This document shows positions 1 through 9,085 of a stretch of 55,769 nt of DNA, piece after piece; position 1 is the first letter of the stretch, and each line of letters opens with the position of its first letter. The stretch comes from Candidatus Omnitrophota bacterium (GTDB lineage Bacteria; Omnitrophota; Gorgyraeia; B26-G9). The stretch is taken from positions 1-55,769 of the forward strand of contig JAKLQT010000198.1 of NCBI GenBank assembly GCA_022013205.1, read 5' to 3'. A program made the translations under genes and the position numbers. The notes under the pieces are model-generated. The model had not been told where the DNA came from and did not search any database. It saw only the letters and a list, made by a program, of their open reading frames with translations.

Positions 1-518
1 CAAGGAAATTATTAATTATTTATTTTGTATTGTATTCGTTTTTTTTAATTTTCTCGCTTAGTTATATTTTTTCCGCCCCCGCTAATAACGCCTGGGAGCA
101 AATTGCAGATCATGTAAAAAAAAATATAAATGAAAAAGAAATGATTTTATTTGCTCCGGCCCATTTGCTAGCCCCTTTTTGGTATTATTATAAATATGAA
201 GATAAGCTTGCTTTAAAAGAAATAGGTGACGGAGACTGCGGACAATTTTACATGGCGGACGGAAAGTGGCAAATGGAGTTTAATGACAATGCAAATTTGA
301 TAAAAGGATTATGTTTTGAAGAAATTGATGAAATGCTCAGAAAGTTCAAGCCTTTTGCTGATAATCATAAGGGTGTTTGGTTGGTTATTTCTCCTTGGAT
401 TGGTAAACAAAACATGGAGAGAATAATTGATATGTTTCACCGATATTATACGGTAGAATGGAGCGGGAAATTTCCTTGGAATGCTGTGTGTGGGTATCAT
501 CTTATACGTAGGGAATAA
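1..518 (+). CDS. 3' part of a gene truncated by the window edge; one hydrophobic helix followed by a soluble domain. Possibly the C-terminal part of another large envelope membrane protein.
   Basis: The frame of ORF 30..518 stays open back to base 3 (RKLLIIYFVLYSFFLIF...), so the TTG at 30 is probably internal. A hydrophobic stretch is followed by a W/Y/K-rich soluble region. TAA stop at 516-518. No family recognised. Confidence 0.5.
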   Translation, partial: RKLLIIYFVLYSFFLIFSLSYIFSAPANNAWEQIADHVKKNINEKEMILFAPAHLLAPFWYYYKYEDKLALKEIGDGDCGQFYMADGKWQMEFNDNANLIKGLCFEEIDEMLRKFKPFADNHKGVWLVISPWIGKQNMERIIDMFHRYYTVEWSGKFPWNAVCGYHLIRRE

Positions 519-654
519 ATGCCTTTTTGACTTGCCTGCAAATATTCAAATATTAAATTTTAATATCAAATTTCTAGCTTGTCGTAGCTGATAAGAAGAA
601 TCTTTCTCGGATAGATATTTAGTCATGATCTTTATTTAGGCGATAGAGATCAGT

Positions 655-1142
655 TTTTAATAATCCAAGTATGAATAGGCCCTGTAATATACCAACGAAG
701 TTTTTAACCATTAATTGCGGTTTAAGAGACCTGAAGAATATTTCAATTTGCCACTATCGATGAGAAATTTATACTAACGATATTTTGTATAATCCCGATT
801 AAAGATAACAACACCATTGCGTTCTAAGGAGGTTGACACAACAGATTTTGACTTATGAATAGCTTCTTTTGTAATGACGGCAAAATTAGGCAAATATCCG
901 GTATGATTTAATCTAACATGGAGTTTTACAGCTCCTTTAGTTGTCGAAATTTAGCCCAATTATAAAGAGATAAGCATAGATCCATGGTAGTTGTATCTAA
1001 CTTCAATTTCACGCAAGCCATCATCACCGGCTAATTGCCCAAAAAGCGTGGATACAAAATGATTCCATGAACTAAAGCCTCCGGCATGATATTCGCTTTT
1101 GGTCTAAGATACTAGATCTTGAAATTCATAACTCGAAAACAT
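655..1142 (-). pseudogene. Decayed IS4/IS5-like DDE transposase (DUF4372-type N-terminus) remnant
   Basis: Minus-strand translation from the ATG at 1142-1140 reads MFSSYEFQDLVS*TKSEYHAGGFSSWNHFVSTLFGQLAGDDGLREIEVRYNYHGSMLISL*LG*ISTTKGAVKLHVRLNHTGYLPNFAVITKEAIHKSKSVVSTSLERNGVVIFNRDYTKYR*. From memory this follows the SxWxxFxxMxFxQLxxxxSLR(D/E)I block and the GAVKLHxxLDxxGxIPxFxxITxGxxHD ... DRGYxDF block of IS4-family transposases. Several in-frame stops and an internal deletion are present. No ORF over 60 aa exists in 519-1386. Confidence 0.6.
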
Positions 1143-1386
1143 TTTTAACTTTTGTCCTAACACTATGCTATAATGATTTAAAGCTTAACTCCTTATGCTT
1201 TATTTGGTTATGATCGGCCTTTTAACATATTATAAGGTTATTCCCAATTTGGATAAGTATAATATTTTCTTGATAATTAGCAATTTAGTAATCAAGTGAA
1301 ATTTTTTACAGTTTTAAAAATTTAGTTTACTATCTAAGGTAAAGATAATTTAAAATGGCTGGAGTAAACTCTAAGGATAAAAACTT

Positions 1387-3003
1387 ATGGGTGAGATGAT
1401 AATTTTTGTTTTCGTAATGGTTTTTTTTATTCCATTCGCTTTAAAGAAAAAGAAGCGTTGGAAATTGGCTGCGCCTTTTTTTTTGCTGGCTTGCTTGATA
1501 ATTTTTCATATTGGTTTTTTTGACCGATATAGTTTTCTTGACTCTGATTTAATTTTTCATAAGGCACTTGTTGATACTGTAATTGATGCAAGCTCTTTTC
1601 AGCAGGATGCTGCAATCCAGTATTATCTTAAGACATATCCCCGAGGATATCATATTATTTTGGCGTTATTGTGTACTTTAAAATTAAGCGTAGCTCAAAT
1701 TTCAAAATTCCTCGGGATAATTCTTTCTTTAATTACACCGTTTTTATTTTATTTTTTAGCTAGAGAAATTTATCAGAATATGGAAATAGCTTTTTTTAGC
1801 GGGCTTTTTTGCGGCGCAGCGTCTATTGGACATACTGTTTATTCTGGACTCCCCAGAAGTATTGGCCTAGTGCTTTTTTTGGCAGCTTTACTTTGTTTGC
1901 TTAGAATAAGAAGCTCTCAACTGAAAATAAGCTATATTGTCGTTTTAAATGTGATTATGGTGTTGCTCTTATTCATTCACCCATATACTTTTATTGTTTT
2001 ATGCTTAGTATCAGGTGCTTTTTTTTTAACAATGATTTTGCAAAAAAAGGCAAAGACAGGCAGCTTATGTAATGGTTATTTTCTTGTTTTTCTATCGCTT
2101 CTTTTTTATGCTGTAATATGCTGGATATTCAAACAAAAAAACTTTATTAGGCTAACTTCCTGGGATTTTCTGTATGAACATCGGGAATTGTATTTTGATC
2201 GAGTTCCTTATGCTTTCATGAATTTTTTTAAACTTATGCGGGATGTTGGAATTTTACCATTATTAATGTTTATTTGTGCGTTTTTTAATTTTCTTTATAA
2301 GGTTGAACACAGAAGCAAATATCCGAATTTGCGGTTTATATTTTTTGCCGTACTTTTTTTAGTTTTTTCAACAGTTGCCATTATGAAGATTAACGGGCTA
2401 TTTTTTTTAAAGGCTCATCGCTTTGCCCCATTTATTTCATTATTAATGTATTTATCCGGCATTTGGGTTTTAAAAGATGTTTGGAGTAAAATTTATCATA
2501 TTAAAGTAATAGTGCCTTTGTATTGTCTTATCTTATTGGCTCCCAGTGCGATAGATCTTAAAAATCATATTCAGGCGCCGAAATTTCCTTATGTTCTGGA
2601 TAGGATCTGCGTAGGAATTAGTGAGCCGGGAAAAAGCCGGGTGACTTTTAATGAAATACTAAAGTTAACTGATTTTATTGCTAAAAATATTCCTGGCAAT
2701 GAAATAATCGCGTGTTCTTTAGAGCTGGGAGATGTCCTAAGAATGTATTCGGGAAGGCCTGTTACTGCTTCATGGCAAATAGGGGGCATGATGACAACTT
2801 TCAAGGGTGCACTTTCCATTTATAAGGAGCAGATGGTTAATTCAGAAATGCTCTATGGTTACCCTGAGCAGCTGTATAAACGCTGTGGTGTAAGATTTTT
2901 TCTGTTTGAAAAAAATAAATTGACCAATGTGTCTGAAATATTGACTGAATTTCATGTGCTTTGGAAAAGTAAAAATTTATATTTTTGTGAAAAGCGAGGA
3001 TAA
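1387..3003 (+). CDS. Polytopic membrane protein, GT-C-like putative glycosyltransferase/polymerase (paralogue 1 of 2)
   Basis: 538 aa with many hydrophobic segments. Acidic motif in the first loop (FLDSDLIFHK) and a soluble C-terminal domain. Aligns end to end with 5784..7394, for example ISKFLGIILSLITPFLFYFLAREIYQ vs ISKLLGIILSSIIPFLFYFLGKEIYQ, VTFNEILKL, ASW(Q/R)IGGM, RFFLFEK. The function is inferred from topology only. Confidence 0.8.
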   Translation: MGEMIIFVFVMVFFIPFALKKKKRWKLAAPFFLLACLIIFHIGFFDRYSFLDSDLIFHKALVDTVIDASSFQQDAAIQYYLKTYPRGYHIILALLCTLKLSVAQISKFLGIILSLITPFLFYFLAREIYQNMEIAFFSGLFCGAASIGHTVYSGLPRSIGLVLFLAALLCLLRIRSSQLKISYIVVLNVIMVLLLFIHPYTFIVLCLVSGAFFLTMILQKKAKTGSLCNGYFLVFLSLLFYAVICWIFKQKNFIRLTSWDFLYEHRELYFDRVPYAFMNFFKLMRDVGILPLLMFICAFFNFLYKVEHRSKYPNLRFIFFAVLFLVFSTVAIMKINGLFFLKAHRFAPFISLLMYLSGIWVLKDVWSKIYHIKVIVPLYCLILLAPSAIDLKNHIQAPKFPYVLDRICVGISEPGKSRVTFNEILKLTDFIAKNIPGNEIIACSLELGDVLRMYSGRPVTASWQIGGMMTTFKGALSIYKEQMVNSEMLYGYPEQLYKRCGVRFFLFEKNKLTNVSEILTEFHVLWKSKNLYFCEKRG

Positions 3004-3033
3004 TGCTTTTAGACTATTTTAAGCTGCGTATAA

Positions 3034-3207
3034 GGCTTGTGCGGTTACTGTGGGAGTGAAAACATAAAGTTCGGGTTTGCCTGTACTTTAACAAAACACA
3101 ATATTAATGACCTTGATTTTATGCTGGAGATTGCCGATAAGTATGAGACGATAGTTGCTTTTCCGCAAAATATAGCGCGGATTACTGTCAAAAATAATGA
3201 TCTTTAG
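3034..3207 (+). pseudogene. Short fragment resembling the middle of a SPASM/twitch-type radical SAM paralogue
   Basis: A stop-to-stop frame translates to GLCGYCGSENIKFGFACTLTKHNINDLDFMLEIADKYETIVAFPQNIARITVKNNDL*. By eye this parallels ...EENIPFVLSAVVTAKFTREDINFLLELCEQLNVQCAIVPMI... of ORF 10968..12002. There is no start codon or rSAM cysteine motif. Confidence 0.35.
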
Positions 3208-3228
3208 GTTATTTATTTAGGATGAAAT

Positions 3229-4239
3229 ATGAAAAAAATAAAAGCGGTTTTTGTTAAATACATGTCATTGTTTATAGCCGGATTCTCAATAAGAAAAATT
3301 ACCAACTTTTGCAAGGTTATGTTGTCCTATTTTTTAAGAAAAACTAAAGTTTCCGGATTGCCTTTTTTGCTGCAGATAGAACCGACTAATAGATGTGATC
3401 TGCGCTGCAGCTTGTGTCTTACGGGCGCAGGAAAACTGAAAAGGTCAAGAGGGGATATGAGTTTTAAACAATTCAAAAACATCGTAAGTCAGCTTCAAGC
3501 TGGTTTGATTTACATTGTTTTGTACAATTTGGGTGAGCCTTTGTTAAATCCCGATATCTATCAGATGATTAAATACGCAAAGAAGAAGAGAATATTTACC
3601 AGATTAAGCACTAATGCTAATTTCAGCGATAGGGCGCATATAAAGAGCATATTAACTTCTGGCCTTGATGAACTGGTGATTTCTCTTGATTGCGCTTCTG
3701 AAGAGACCTACCGTGCATATAAAAAAAGTACTGATTTTTGTCGAGTGCTGGACAATGTAAGTTTATTAATTAAAGAACGAGGACAAAGGCTAAAACCGTT
3801 TATAAATCTGCAATTTCTTTTAATGGGTTCAACGGAACAAGAAATAGATGAGTTTAAGAAGTTAATCAAGGATCTTGGGGTGGATAAAGGATTAATAAAA
3901 AAGGTGCGGGTTGATTATTTTGCGGAAAAACCGGAGTATGGACTTTTGCCTGAAAATAAGAAGTTTCATAGAGATATTTACAGGGGAAAAGGGAAAAAGA
4001 ATCCCTGCGTTCGTCCCTGGATATCTACCTTGGTGCTTTGGGATGGTGTTGTTGTGCCGTGTTGTTTTGACATGGAAGGTGATTTTATCCTGGGCAATGT
4101 TAAGGGTGGAAAAATCACCCGGATTTGGAATGATAAGGAGTATATGAATTTACGCCATAAAATTGCCAGTAAATCGAATTCCGCTGAGTTATGCCGGCAA
4201 TGCAGCCTAAAGAATTTCAGCAGTAATTTCATTAAATAA
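3229..4239 (+). CDS. Radical SAM enzyme with C-terminal SPASM/twitch-like Cys-rich domain
   Basis: CxxxCxxC motif in IEPTNRCDLRCSLCLTG; NLGEPLL glycine-rich SAM motif. C-terminal CVRPW...WDGVVVPCCFD...GNV...ELCRQCS is typical of SPASM domains. Confidence 0.85.
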   Translation: MKKIKAVFVKYMSLFIAGFSIRKITNFCKVMLSYFLRKTKVSGLPFLLQIEPTNRCDLRCSLCLTGAGKLKRSRGDMSFKQFKNIVSQLQAGLIYIVLYNLGEPLLNPDIYQMIKYAKKKRIFTRLSTNANFSDRAHIKSILTSGLDELVISLDCASEETYRAYKKSTDFCRVLDNVSLLIKERGQRLKPFINLQFLLMGSTEQEIDEFKKLIKDLGVDKGLIKKVRVDYFAEKPEYGLLPENKKFHRDIYRGKGKKNPCVRPWISTLVLWDGVVVPCCFDMEGDFILGNVKGGKITRIWNDKEYMNLRHKIASKSNSAELCRQCSLKNFSSNFIK

Positions 4240-4382
4240 ATCATTTTAGCCCCGCATATATATAGGATAAAAAAGTGAAAATTCTTTACTTCTTTAACGG
4301 CTTGTAATATCATAAGTTTTCTAACTTACTAATTATTAATTGGTTATCAAAATTACAACTATACAAAGGGACTTATTTGGTA

Positions 4383-5777
4383 ATGAAAATACTAGTTGCT
4401 AACCTGCCTAGTTTTAAAGGCAAAAAGTTTATTAAAGAAGGCCGCTGCAGCCAGTCTAAAAAAATCTGGAATACTATCTGGCCGCCGTATTCCTTGGTAT
4501 CTATTGCTGCAGTATTAGAAAAATTAAGCCATGAGGTAAAGATTTTTGATTATCCGGCAATGAAATCAAGAGAAGCGGACTTTTTTTCTTTTATCAGGGG
4601 TTTTTCTCCTGAAGTAGTGATTGCAAGTTGTACAACTCCAACAGTGTATGATGATTTGGAAGCTTGTTTAAAAATAAAACAGATTTTACCCGGAACTAAA
4701 ATAATTATCTTTGGTATCCATGGCTCTATTTTTTCACAGGCATTGCTTAAACAGCATGCGTTTATAGATTTTATTATACGGGGAGAGCCTGAGTATACAA
4801 TAAGGGAATTGATCGAGGCTTTATCTGGTAACCAGAAAGTTAAATTTGAGAATATTAAAGGGATTAGTTTTCGTTTTCAGGGAGAAATTATTAAAAACCA
4901 GGATCGTGAGCTTATAACAAATCTGGATGATTTGCCAATTCCGGCATGGCATCTCGTAGATGTAAAAAGATATAAACTCCCGATATTGGGTAAGCCTTAT
5001 TTAATGATTGTTCCCGGCCGTGGTTGCGTGGATAAATGCTTATTTTGTTATGCGCATGCTTATTATGGGCAGAAAAATAGAAGACACTCTGTTAGAAGAG
5101 TAATTAATGAGATAGTGTTTAATAAAAAAGAATTTAAAATTGATCACTTTTTCTTCTGGACGGAAAATTGCACCCAGGATAGAAAGTTTTTAATGGATCT
5201 CTTAGACCAGATGATAGAGCTAAACCTTAATGTGAAATGGGCATGTAATAGCAGGGTTGATACTATTGATTTTGAGCTTTTGCATAAGATGAAGATAGCC
5301 GGATGTCTGATTGTAGCTTTTGGAGTTGAATCAGGAGAGCAGCGAATATTAGATATTTCTAAAAAAAATATAAACCTAAAACAAATAGAAAATGCCTTTT
5401 ATTTAACACATAAAGCAGGAATTCAATCTATTGCTAACTGCATGTTCGGGCTGCCGGGTGAAACGATAAAATCCATGAAAAAGACAATGAAATTTTTAAA
5501 AAAGATAAATCCTACCTATGCCCAATTTTATATGGCAGTTCCAAGGCCGGGCTCTGAATTTTATGAATTAGCTCAGAAAGAAGGATGGATACAGACAAAT
5601 GATTGGGGAAAGTTTCATCAAGGAGATTATGTTTTAAATATTAATGGCCTAAGCAGAGATGATATTGTTAATTTCAGGAAGAGAGCTGGTATATTGTTTT
5701 ATCTCGATTTTAAAAGGCTTGCTGGTATTTTGATCAATCTTTTTAAGGCTTTTTTCAGGGGTAGGCAAAAGGCATAA
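4383..5777 (+). CDS. Class B (B12-binding-domain) radical SAM enzyme
   Basis: N-terminal Rossmann-like B12-binding-type region (ILVANLP..., VVIASCTTPT, IIIFGIHGS). rSAM motif VPGRGCVDKCLFCYA, then FGVESG...GLPGET. The ORF track starts at TTG 4377; the ATG at 4383 (MKILVANL) is preferred. Confidence 0.85.
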   Translation: MKILVANLPSFKGKKFIKEGRCSQSKKIWNTIWPPYSLVSIAAVLEKLSHEVKIFDYPAMKSREADFFSFIRGFSPEVVIASCTTPTVYDDLEACLKIKQILPGTKIIIFGIHGSIFSQALLKQHAFIDFIIRGEPEYTIRELIEALSGNQKVKFENIKGISFRFQGEIIKNQDRELITNLDDLPIPAWHLVDVKRYKLPILGKPYLMIVPGRGCVDKCLFCYAHAYYGQKNRRHSVRRVINEIVFNKKEFKIDHFFFWTENCTQDRKFLMDLLDQMIELNLNVKWACNSRVDTIDFELLHKMKIAGCLIVAFGVESGEQRILDISKKNINLKQIENAFYLTHKAGIQSIANCMFGLPGETIKSMKKTMKFLKKINPTYAQFYMAVPRPGSEFYELAQKEGWIQTNDWGKFHQGDYVLNINGLSRDDIVNFRKRAGILFYLDFKRLAGILINLFKAFFRGRQKA

Positions 5778-5783
5778 AAATCT

Positions 5784-7394
5784 ATGGGAATATTAGTAAT
5801 TTTTATTCTAATAATGATGTTTTTTTTACCCTCTGCTTTAAAAAAAATGGTTCACTGGAAACTAATCGTACCGTTTTTTTTTATTAGCTGTTTGGCGATT
5901 TCTAATATTGGAGTTTTTGATCAATATAGTTTTGTTGATCCTGATCTTTATTTCCATAAATCACTCGTGGATAAATTATTGGATAAACAGCTTTTTATAA
6001 ATGACGAGGCAATAAAGTTTTATTCCGAAATCTACCCTAAAGGGTATCAGTATCTTTTGTGTTTCTTGAGCAATTTTAATTTAAGTATTCCTCAAATTTC
6101 AAAGCTGCTGGGAATCATTCTTTCTTCCATCATTCCGTTTTTATTTTATTTTTTGGGAAAAGAAATATATCAGGATCGCAAGCTTGCTTTTTTTAGCGGA
6201 CTTTTTTGCGTTGTGGTGCCTATTTGGGAATTTATTTATGCCGGCTTGCCCAGGAGTATTGCCTTTGTTCTTTTTATATGCCTTTTGATATATTTATTTA
6301 AGTATTTAAATTCCCAAGGGAAGATTAGTTTTATAATATTATTAAATATTATTATGGCATTAATATTGTTTGTACATCCCTATACTTTTATTATTGCGTG
6401 GTTTATTTCAATTATATTTTTTTCTTTGGTTGTTTTCGGCAAAAGGGGAAAAAATAGAAAAGTACACATCAGTGCTTTGCTCATTTTTGGTTTGTATCTG
6501 GTGTTGTTTTTTATATTTAAACAAAAAGGTACGCTTACACTAAGCACTTGGGACTTTTTTCATAGCCATAATGATATATATTGGGAGAGAGTGCCTTATG
6601 CTTTTGTAAATTTTTTTAATCTAGTCAAGGAAATCGGGGTTTTACCGATTCTGATGTTTATTCTGATGCTTATTAAATATTATATTCGACCTGAAAAAAT
6701 GGTTAAATATCCCGGCCTGACTATTTTAATTTGTTGCACTTTTTTTTTAATGGCGCTTTTAGTTATTGTTGTTAATGTTAACGGGTTGTTTTTTTTAAGA
6801 GCTCATCGTTTTCCGCCTTTTATTTCATCATTGTTGTATTTGTCCAGCCTTTTAGTTTTAAAAGATTTATGGGCTAAGTTTTCAAGTAACAAAATATCAG
6901 CACCGCTTTTTTGTTTGATACTTTTAAGCCCTGGCATGGAACATTTAGCGAAAGAACTTCAATATCGGAAATTTCCTTATGATTTGAAGGTAGGGGTTGG
7001 GACACATAAGGAAACACAAAATACTCAGGTTACATTTAATGAAATCCTTAAATTAGCTGATTATGTGGACAAAAATATTCCTAAAAATGAAATAATTGCG
7101 TGTACTTTTGATAAGGGGGATATTCTTAGAATGCTTTCGCGAAGGGCAGTTACGGCTTCCTGGAGAATCGGGGGAATGATCACAGTTTATAAAGAACCGC
7201 TTTATATTTTTAAAGAGCAGAAAACTAATTCTAAAATGCTATATGATAATCCGGCCTATCTATACGATAAATATGGAGCAAGATTTTTTTTATTTGAAAA
7301 AGACAGGAGGACTGATATGGCGGTACTAGGGCCTGAATTCCATTTAATTTGGGAAAGTGAAAATTTGTATTTTTATGAAATCAGGAGTTTGTAA
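5784..7394 (+). CDS. Polytopic membrane protein, GT-C-like (paralogue 2 of 2)
   Basis: 536 aa with the same architecture as 1387..3003 and long identical blocks. First-loop motif FVDPDLYFHK. Confidence 0.8.
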   Translation: MGILVIFILIMMFFLPSALKKMVHWKLIVPFFFISCLAISNIGVFDQYSFVDPDLYFHKSLVDKLLDKQLFINDEAIKFYSEIYPKGYQYLLCFLSNFNLSIPQISKLLGIILSSIIPFLFYFLGKEIYQDRKLAFFSGLFCVVVPIWEFIYAGLPRSIAFVLFICLLIYLFKYLNSQGKISFIILLNIIMALILFVHPYTFIIAWFISIIFFSLVVFGKRGKNRKVHISALLIFGLYLVLFFIFKQKGTLTLSTWDFFHSHNDIYWERVPYAFVNFFNLVKEIGVLPILMFILMLIKYYIRPEKMVKYPGLTILICCTFFLMALLVIVVNVNGLFFLRAHRFPPFISSLLYLSSLLVLKDLWAKFSSNKISAPLFCLILLSPGMEHLAKELQYRKFPYDLKVGVGTHKETQNTQVTFNEILKLADYVDKNIPKNEIIACTFDKGDILRMLSRRAVTASWRIGGMITVYKEPLYIFKEQKTNSKMLYDNPAYLYDKYGARFFLFEKDRRTDMAVLGPEFHLIWESENLYFYEIRSL

Positions 7395-7410
7395 CAAATA
7401 ATAATTTTTT

Positions 7411-8109
7411 ATGGCAGAAGAAAAAAAACGAATAGCGATTATGCAGCCCGGTTATTTACCGTGGCTTGGCTTTTTTGAGTTAATGTATAACTGTGACCTG
7501 TTTGTTTTTTTAGATGATGTGCAATACACAAAAAGGGATTGGCGAAATAGAAATAGGATTCGAACACATAATGGGTGGCAGTGGCTAACGGTACCTGCAT
7601 TTAACAGAAATAAACGAGAACAATTGTTAAAAAATGTGCAAATTAATAACCAAATTAATTGGCAAAAACAGCATTTTAATGCCTTAAGGATTAATTATAG
7701 AAAAAGTAAGTTTTTTGACTCCTTTTCCCTTGAATTAGAAAGTATCTATTTTAAAAGCTGGGATAATCTTTTAGAATTAAATATTGAGTTAATTTTATAC
7801 TTAGCTAAAATGTTTTCAATTGAAACTCCGTATATATTTTCTTCTAGTTTGAATATTAAAAACACAAAATCTGAACGTATTTTAGAGATATGTAAGCTGC
7901 TTAATGCTAATGAGTTATATGATAGTAAAGCAGCATCAAACTTTCTGGATTTATCTTTATTTGAAAAGGAAAAGATAACGGTAAAGTTTCAGGATTATCG
8001 CCATCCTGTGTATGAGCAGGTATATAAACCGTTTATTGCTTATTTGTCGGCAATTGATTTGCTATTTAATTGTGGGGCAGAATCTTTGAAGATTATTCTG
8101 GGAGAGTAA
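7411..8109 (+). CDS. WbqC-like family protein (O-antigen/polysaccharide cluster-associated)
   Basis: N-terminus IAIMQPGYLPWLGFFELM...FVFLDDVQYTKRDWRNRNRIRT..GWQWLTVP matches the WbqC-family signature as I remember it. Confidence 0.7.
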   Translation: MAEEKKRIAIMQPGYLPWLGFFELMYNCDLFVFLDDVQYTKRDWRNRNRIRTHNGWQWLTVPAFNRNKREQLLKNVQINNQINWQKQHFNALRINYRKSKFFDSFSLELESIYFKSWDNLLELNIELILYLAKMFSIETPYIFSSSLNIKNTKSERILEICKLLNANELYDSKAASNFLDLSLFEKEKITVKFQDYRHPVYEQVYKPFIAYLSAIDLLFNCGAESLKIILGE

Positions 8110-8174
8110 GGTGTTGAGAGTTAATAAAGGGGTTCGATTTTACTTGAGAAAGCGAACAAAATGAACAAAGAACG

Positions 8175-9071
8175 ATGCTAAAATCAAGAATATTAAAGCT
8201 ATTTTTTGGTGAAACGGCGCTAGTTTATAAAAAGAAAATGATTAATGGCCTGAAATTTGGTGCCGTGAGCCTTTTTTTAACTTTATTAACTAATGGCATA
8301 GTCTTTGCCACAAACATTGATGAGTGTTTTAGGCTTTGCTCTCCCAAAGTTGGACAATTCGCAGAGTACCAAGTAATTTATCATATCAATCATGGGAAAG
8401 AAAATAGATACAGAATTGCAATTGTCGGAAAAGAAATAGTAAAAAATAAGGATTTCTTTTGGATTAAATTGGATATGTTTAAAAATAAAAACAGAAAGAT
8501 TTCTTTTAAGGCCCTGGTGAGGCCTTTAAGTAGCGCGGTTTTTAAAGATAATCCAAAAAGTTATATCAGTGAAGGCCTATTGGTTTTGTTTAAAAGCGCG
8601 GAAAGGATTATTGTGATTTTAGAAAATGACCTAAGTTATGAATTGCGGCCTGAAGAATTATTTTTCCAACCAGATATTTTTAATAACACATTCTATATGC
8701 AAACGCCTGATGCAAAGAATAAGACTGATTATTCAAAATTAAAATTTTCAAAAAAAATTGAAAAACTTAATATTCCGGCAGGCACTTTTGATTGTTATTG
8801 GTTTGGGGTTGATACACAGATATGGGAGCCTTATGATGAAGAAGGCATTGACTTATGGAGATCGGCGGCTGTTCCTTTTTTAGGCATAGTCCAAATGGCA
8901 TTTTCGAAGACTAAGAGTGTAGAAAAATGGGATTATAGTTATTCTAAACTAATGCTTGATAAAAACTGGTGGGAAAAGATATTCATCCATTTTTTTAAAG
9001 CGCGGGTGCCGCGTGATGAAAAATATCAAGACACCTTTGTTATGAGATTGACTGATTATGGAATAGAATGA
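8175..9071 (+). CDS. Hypothetical exported protein
   Basis: Internal Met at 8238 gives a classical signal peptide (MINGLKFGAVSLFLTLLTNGIVFA/TNIDE). The remainder is soluble and no family was recognised. Confidence 0.6.
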   Translation: MLKSRILKLFFGETALVYKKKMINGLKFGAVSLFLTLLTNGIVFATNIDECFRLCSPKVGQFAEYQVIYHINHGKENRYRIAIVGKEIVKNKDFFWIKLDMFKNKNRKISFKALVRPLSSAVFKDNPKSYISEGLLVLFKSAERIIVILENDLSYELRPEELFFQPDIFNNTFYMQTPDAKNKTDYSKLKFSKKIEKLNIPAGTFDCYWFGVDTQIWEPYDEEGIDLWRSAAVPFLGIVQMAFSKTKSVEKWDYSYSKLMLDKNWWEKIFIHFFKARVPRDEKYQDTFVMRLTDYGIE

Positions 9072-9085
9072 AGTAACAATAAAAT

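Noticed and set aside
1300-1386. Possible promoter (TTTACA-17 nt-TACTAT, around 1308-1336) for the island
   Set aside because: The region is so AT-rich that hexamers of this quality occur by chance many times, so it is not reported as a feature.
3911-4147. Nested same-strand ORFs inside larger genes (also 11350..11547, 12506..12697, 21690..21881, 24372..24662, 31364..31821, 36872..37192, 40686..40874, 47418..47621, 54196..54453)
   Set aside because: Each lies in an alternative frame of a gene whose main frame carries clear family motifs, and there is no independent support.
8118-8160. GGTTCGATT resembling a tRNA T-loop
   Set aside because: There is no complementary T-stem, acceptor stem or anticodon arm around it, so it is a chance match in a spacer.
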